DNA of 64,000 nucleotides from Cenarchaeum sp. (GTDB lineage Archaea; Thermoproteota; Nitrososphaeria; Nitrososphaerales; Nitrosopumilaceae): NCBI GenBank assembly GCA_965242695.1, contig CBDESU010000001.1, positions 192,001 to 256,000 of the forward strand, read 5' to 3'. Shown piece by piece: positions 60,063 to 64,000 of this stretch (position 1 is its first letter; each line of letters starts with the position of its first letter). The notes under the pieces were generated by a model. It saw only the letters and a program-made list of their open reading frames with translations, ran no database searches and was not told where the DNA came from. The position numbers and the translations under genes were made by a program.

Positions 60063-61022
60063 ATGGCAAAGGGCTACGGGGCGGCCCGCGTGCGGCGCAT
60101 GATCTCCGAGTCGCTGGCCGGATCGCCGGCGGGCATGACATGCTCGGACCTCTCTGGGCGCCTCGGCATCAGCCGCATCACGCTTGCAAAGTACCTCGAC
60201 ACGTTCGCCGCCGAGGGCCTGGTCCGCCGCCGCGGCGCCGGCCCCGCCGCTGTGTGGCTCGCCGGCGAGGCCGCCGCGTCCACGGCAGCCCTGGAGTTTC
60301 CAGAGGGGTATGCGGCAGCGCAAAGGATGTACGAGGAGCTCGTCCTGTCATGCTCTGAGGATGCCGCCTGCGCGCTCGTGCGCGGCTGCATCTCGTCTGG
60401 CGCGAAGGCGTCCCGCCTCATGACAGAGGCCGTGGTGCCCGCCGCCGCGCGCGTCCGCAGGGCGTACGACGACGGGCGCATCGGCAACTCGGAACTGGCC
60501 CTCATGCGCGGCATACTGTCCTCGTCGATACGCGCCGCCTCGGCCCCGGCGGCCGTGCCCGAGCCCGACCCGATGCGCAGCGCGGTCCTCATGGCCGCCG
60601 ATCCGGCGAGCGCCGTGCTCTGCGAGGCCGCCGCGGCCGCCCTCAGGGGGGACGGCTGGTCGGCGTACGCGCTCGGCGACATGTCCGCCTCGATAAACGT
60701 CCTGCTGGACCTTGACCTGCAGCGCCTGCTCGCGAGGGTGTGGAGGGGGAGGCGCGGCATGCTTGCCGTCTGCGTATTCTCGGACTCTGAGGAGGGCCTC
60801 AACTTCTTTGCCGAGTCGGCCGGCTCGGCCCTGGCGCGAGCCGGCCGCGGCGCGCGGCTGGTCCTGTGCGGGCCCGCCGGCAAAAAGCCCGGCCCCAAGG
60901 CGGACCTGGTCACGGACAGCCTCGGCGACGTCCTGCAGTGGGTGCAGACCTCGTACGAGAGCATGATGGCCGCCGGCGCCAGGCCGCGGCGGGGCGCGGC
61001 GGCCGGCCCGCGCGCCGCTTGA
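60063..61022 (+). CDS. HTH transcriptional regulator with B12-binding-like cap and Rossmann domains
   Basis: HTH (CSDLSGRLGISRITLAKYL), helical cap (EAVVPA...YDDGRI..SE), GW...LG..P-like segment; CTTATAC upstream. Confidence 0.7.
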   Translation: MAKGYGAARVRRMISESLAGSPAGMTCSDLSGRLGISRITLAKYLDTFAAEGLVRRRGAGPAAVWLAGEAAASTAALEFPEGYAAAQRMYEELVLSCSEDAACALVRGCISSGAKASRLMTEAVVPAAARVRRAYDDGRIGNSELALMRGILSSSIRAASAPAAVPEPDPMRSAVLMAADPASAVLCEAAAAALRGDGWSAYALGDMSASINVLLDLDLQRLLARVWRGRRGMLAVCVFSDSEEGLNFFAESAGSALARAGRGARLVLCGPAGKKPGPKADLVTDSLGDVLQWVQTSYESMMAAGARPRRGAAAGPRAA

Positions 61023-61024
61023 TG

Positions 61025-61113
61025 TGGGCCGAGTGAGATTCGAACTCACGGCCTTTCGATCTCCGAGGAGGTCTTATCAGTCGAACGCTCCAGCCAAGCT
61101 GAGCTACCGGCCC
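61025..61113 (-). tRNA. tRNA-Ile(GAT) with a 14-nt intron at the canonical 37/38 position (61061-61074)
   Basis: Acceptor GGGCCGG/TCGGCCC-A; anticodon arm TTCGA-CTGATA[AGACCTCCTCGGAG]A-TCGAA; GTTCGAATC T-loop. Confidence 0.92.
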
Positions 61114-61286
61114 CTGCCGTGCGCCGGCCGGCGGTGATTTAAGTCTAGCCCGCGCGCCGCCGTTGCGCGCGGGGCCCGCCCGCCGTCCTGCGGCGGCGGG
61201 GAGGCTGCCGTGCCGGAACTGCGGTGGACGGGGAGTGGGGGGGGGGCGGAGAAGGCGCCGGCGGGCCGCCGGCGCGCCGCGCGGAC

Positions 61287-61835
61287 TCACCCCTCCTTCC
61301 ACTTTATCGAGCACCCGATGGACGGGTCAAAGTCCTTTTCGATGCGGCGCCCGCCGAGCAGCACCTCTATGTTGTCGATCATGGTCTTTTCGGTCGCCAC
61401 CGCCTCTGGGCTCATCGCGTCGTCGATGCGGCCGTGGAACGCGAGCCTGCCGGCCGAGTCGAACAGGAACGGGTCGGGCGTGCAGACGGCGCCGTACCGC
61501 CTCGCCACGTCCTGCGTGTCGTCGACCAGGTAGTCGAACTCGATTCCCCTCTCGGCCGCCACGGCCTTCATGTTGTCGTAGCTGTCGTCGGGGTACCTGG
61601 ACGCGTCGTTGCTGTTGATGCCGACCACGGCAATCCTGTCGCCAAACCTCTCGTGCACCTCCTTGATCGCGTCAATCTTTGCCTTTACGTACGGGCAGTG
61701 GTTGCACATGAAGACGACGAGCAGCGCATCGCGCCCCGCGTACCCCGCCAGCGAGTGCCTCTTGCCGTCGATGCCGAGCAGGTCAAAGTCGGGGGCCGCA
61801 TCGCCCGCCTTGAGGCTCACGACCGACTCCGTCAA
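61287..61835 (-). CDS. Thioredoxin-family (AhpC/TSA-like) redoxin
   Basis: APDFDL, FMCNHCPYV, INSNDA, YGAVCTPDPFLFD, GRIDD, SIGCSIKWK; TTG start. Confidence 0.92.
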   Translation of the reverse strand: MTESVVSLKAGDAAPDFDLLGIDGKRHSLAGYAGRDALLVVFMCNHCPYVKAKIDAIKEVHERFGDRIAVVGINSNDASRYPDDSYDNMKAVAAERGIEFDYLVDDTQDVARRYGAVCTPDPFLFDSAGRLAFHGRIDDAMSPEAVATEKTMIDNIEVLLGGRRIEKDFDPSIGCSIKWKEG

Positions 61836-61940
61836 GGCCAACGCCGGCCGCCTGCCGCCGCTCAATAAATAGCGTGCGGGCCGCGCGATCCGCGGCCGCC
61901 GCGAACAGTTAAAATCAGAGCCGCGCGGCGCCCCGCCCGC

Positions 61941-62015
61941 GGGCTGATAGTATAGCGGTAGTATACCCGCCTTGCACGCGGGGGGTCGGGGGTTCAAATC
62001 CCTCTCAGTCCACCA
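61941..62015 (+). tRNA. tRNA-Ala(TGC) with encoded CCA
   Basis: Acceptor GGGCTGA/TCAGTCC with G3:U70; CCCGC-CTTGCAC-GCGGG anticodon arm; GGTTCAAATCC. Confidence 0.95.
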
Positions 62016-62437
62016 CACCTGTTATCATGCCGGCGCGGCCCGTTGCCATGTCCGGCCCGCACGCTGGCGCCGTGCACGTCCTCCCTCCAGCATGCCCTGC
62101 CGCCAGCGACTGCATGCCCCGCCGTGGCCGGCACGCCCGGCCGCCGGCCCCGTCCCCGAGTGAGCCGCCCGCGGCGATCGCCGCGCCCTGTTCAGCCTGC
62201 TCGCCGAGACCTCCCTTGACCCCCAGTCGCATGCGGCCGCAGCGCCGCCTGCCCGTGCGACCCTGGCCGCAGCGCCCCCTACGATCACCACGCGATCGCC
62301 TCCGGCAGCGCGGCCTGCGCGCGGCGTGCGACCCTGGCCGCAGCGCCCCTCCACCCGATCACCCCTGCCCGCCTTTTATACGGCGCACGGCCGGATCCGC
62401 GAGATGGACTTAAATACAGACCTTTGGGCGCGCGCCC

Positions 62438-62545
62438 ATGGCAAGTCCAGCAGAAGGGTGGCCGGTTTGGATCCCTCTGATTGTCGGGTTGGCGCCAGGA
62501 CTAGTGTACTGGTTTGTCATCACGGCGATGAGAAAGCGCCGCTAG
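62438..62545 (+). CDS. Small single-TM membrane protein (35 aa)
   Basis: MASPAEGWPVWIPLIVGLAPGLVYWFVITAMRKRR; TTAAATA about 25 bp upstream. Confidence 0.7.
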   Translation: MASPAEGWPVWIPLIVGLAPGLVYWFVITAMRKRR

Positions 62546-62694
62546 GCCTTTGGTCCAATGTCCGGTTCGGCCGCCAGGCCCGCGCCGCGCGCGCATGCGC
62601 CGGCCGCGCATCGGCGGCAGGCGCGGCATGCAGGCCCGCATTTTCAGCGAAGCGCCGGGGTTGGCTAAAATACCGCCCTCCGCCCCGCTCCGGC

Positions 62695-64000
62695 ATGCCC
62701 GATGGCTCGAGCGGGGCCCCGCGGTCCAACCTCCTCGGCAGGGAGGCGAGCCCCTACCTGCTCCAGCATGCGTCCAACCCCGTGTGGTGGCACGCCTGGG
62801 ACGATGCGGCCCTCCAGAGGGCCGTCGACGAGGACAAGCCGATATTCCTCAGCGTGGGGTACAGCTCGTGCCACTGGTGCCATGTGATGGCCCACGAGTC
62901 GTTCGAGGACGGGGGGATCGCGGCGCTGCTCAACGAGCACTTTGTGTCCATAAAGGTCGACCGCGAGGAGCGCCCCGACGTCGACGACGTGTACCAAAAG
63001 GCCTGCCAGATGGCCACCGGGCAGGGCGGCTGGCCCCTGAGCGTGTTCCTCACGCCGGGCCGCAAGCCGTTCTACGCCGGCACGTACTTTCCGCCGTCGG
63101 ACGTGGGGGGGCGGCGCGGCTTTGGCAGCGTGGTGCGGTGGCTCGCGCAGGCCTGGGCCGAGCACCGCGCCGACGTCGAGGCGAGCGCAGAAAAGTTTGT
63201 CGAGACGCTGCGCGCGGCCGAGGCGCCCGCGCCGCTCCAGGGGGGGCAGGCGGCCGCGTTCGACAGGGCCGCGGCCGACGAGGCGGCCGTCAATCTCCTC
63301 CACATGGCCGACGAGCACAACGGCGGGTTCGGGTCGGCGCCAAAGTTCCCAAGCTCGGCATGCGTCTCGCTCCTGCTCCGGTACGGCCGCCTGTCGGGGC
63401 TGGCAAGGTTCACGCGCCTGGCGCTGCGCACGCTCGACAGGATGGCCGCCGGCGGGATATTCGACCATGTAGGCGGCGGGTTCCACCGCTACTCGACGGA
63501 CTCGCGCTGGCTCGTCCCGCACTTTGAAAAGATGCTGTACGACAACGCCCTGCTGCCGGTCAACTACGCCGAGGCGTACCAGGCGACGGGGGATGCGGCG
63601 TACCTTGACGTGATGGACCGCACGCTGTCCTATATGCTGCGCGAGCTGGCCGCCCCGGGCGGCGGGTTCCACTCGGCGCAGGACGCCGACGCCGGCGGCG
63701 AAGAGGGGCTGTACTACACGTGGACTCGCAGGGAGGCGCTCGGCGCGCTGCGCGGCGGCGGGGCCGGCTGCGATGCGCTGTCTGCCGCCGAGGCCGACGC
63801 GTTCTGCGCCTACTACGACGTGACCGACGGCGGCAACTGGGAGGGGAGGACCATACTGTACAACTCTGTTCCCCTGCACGCCGTCGCGTTCCGCTTCGGC
63901 ATCGGCGACGATGCGGCCAGGGAGGCCCTGCGGGCGGGGCGCGCAAAGCTGCTCGAGCACCGGACGCGCACGCGCGAGGCGCCGGGCCTTGACGACAACG
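62695..64000 (+). CDS. YyaL/SSP411 (DUF255) thioredoxin-domain protein, truncated by the window edge
   Basis: NLLGREASPYLLQHASNPVWW, CHWCHVMAHESF, KVDREERPDVD, GGWPL, PHFEKMLYDN. Confidence 0.93.
   Translation, partial: MPDGSSGAPRSNLLGREASPYLLQHASNPVWWHAWDDAALQRAVDEDKPIFLSVGYSSCHWCHVMAHESFEDGGIAALLNEHFVSIKVDREERPDVDDVYQKACQMATGQGGWPLSVFLTPGRKPFYAGTYFPPSDVGGRRGFGSVVRWLAQAWAEHRADVEASAEKFVETLRAAEAPAPLQGGQAAAFDRAAADEAAVNLLHMADEHNGGFGSAPKFPSSACVSLLLRYGRLSGLARFTRLALRTLDRMAAGGIFDHVGGGFHRYSTDSRWLVPHFEKMLYDNALLPVNYAEAYQATGDAAYLDVMDRTLSYMLRELAAPGGGFHSAQDADAGGEEGLYYTWTRREALGALRGGGAGCDALSAAEADAFCAYYDVTDGGNWEGRTILYNSVPLHAVAFRFGIGDDAAREALRAGRAKLLEHRTRTREAPGLDDN

Noticed and set aside
61025-62015. tRNAs as integration sites for the islands
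   Set aside because: No duplicated tRNA 3' end or integrase noticed in the window
62235-62349. 22-bp direct repeat GCGACCCTGGCCGCAGCGCCCC downstream of tRNA-Ala
   Set aside because: Only two copies plus a fragment in GC-rich intergenic DNA; no function can be supported
7935-63960. Numerous long antisense or alternate-frame Arg/Pro/Gly-rich ORFs (e.g. 7935-9836, 29718-32240, 41402-43744)
   Set aside because: Shadow ORFs expected from high GC; they overlap motif-bearing genes and have no recognisable motifs

Overview
High-GC archaeal chromosomal segment, most likely Nitrosopumilaceae (Nitrososphaerota/Thaumarchaeota) and probably host- or sponge-associated. The taxonomy is inferred from rps24e/rps27ae, apgM, an intron-containing tRNA-Ile, a CFI-box-CTERM surface protein, and TATA boxes about 25 bp upstream of leaderless starts. 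Left to right: (1) an AT-rich type III R-M island whose mod gene carries an in-frame amber stop, bracketed by tandem repeats; (2) an FTR1 iron permease and a hydantoinase/oxoprolinase-like gene; (3) a 3339-aa surface protein built from six NHL-propeller/Ig-like modules; (4) an accessory or defence-like region at about 21.7-45 kb, with an IS5-disrupted Clp-fold protease, a metallophosphoesterase, a TPR gene plus PIN gene pair, an ATP-grasp/M20-GGT-FGase operon, a TPR-PIN fusion, and three mosaic type IIG-like R-M paralogs; (5) housekeeping genes interrupted by an orphan methyltransferase and by a decaying, partly duplicated HEPN-like/TPR locus; (6) ribosomal proteins, two tRNAs, a redoxin, small ORFs and a YyaL-like gene that runs off the window. 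The best candidate for an undescribed system is a recurring TPR + RNase module: two related PIN domains sharing an unusual insert, plus a cryptic HEPN-like ORF. The mosaic R-M triplet and the gamma-glutamyl operon with a degenerate M20 domain are the next candidates. All calls come from motif recognition by eye; no searches were run.
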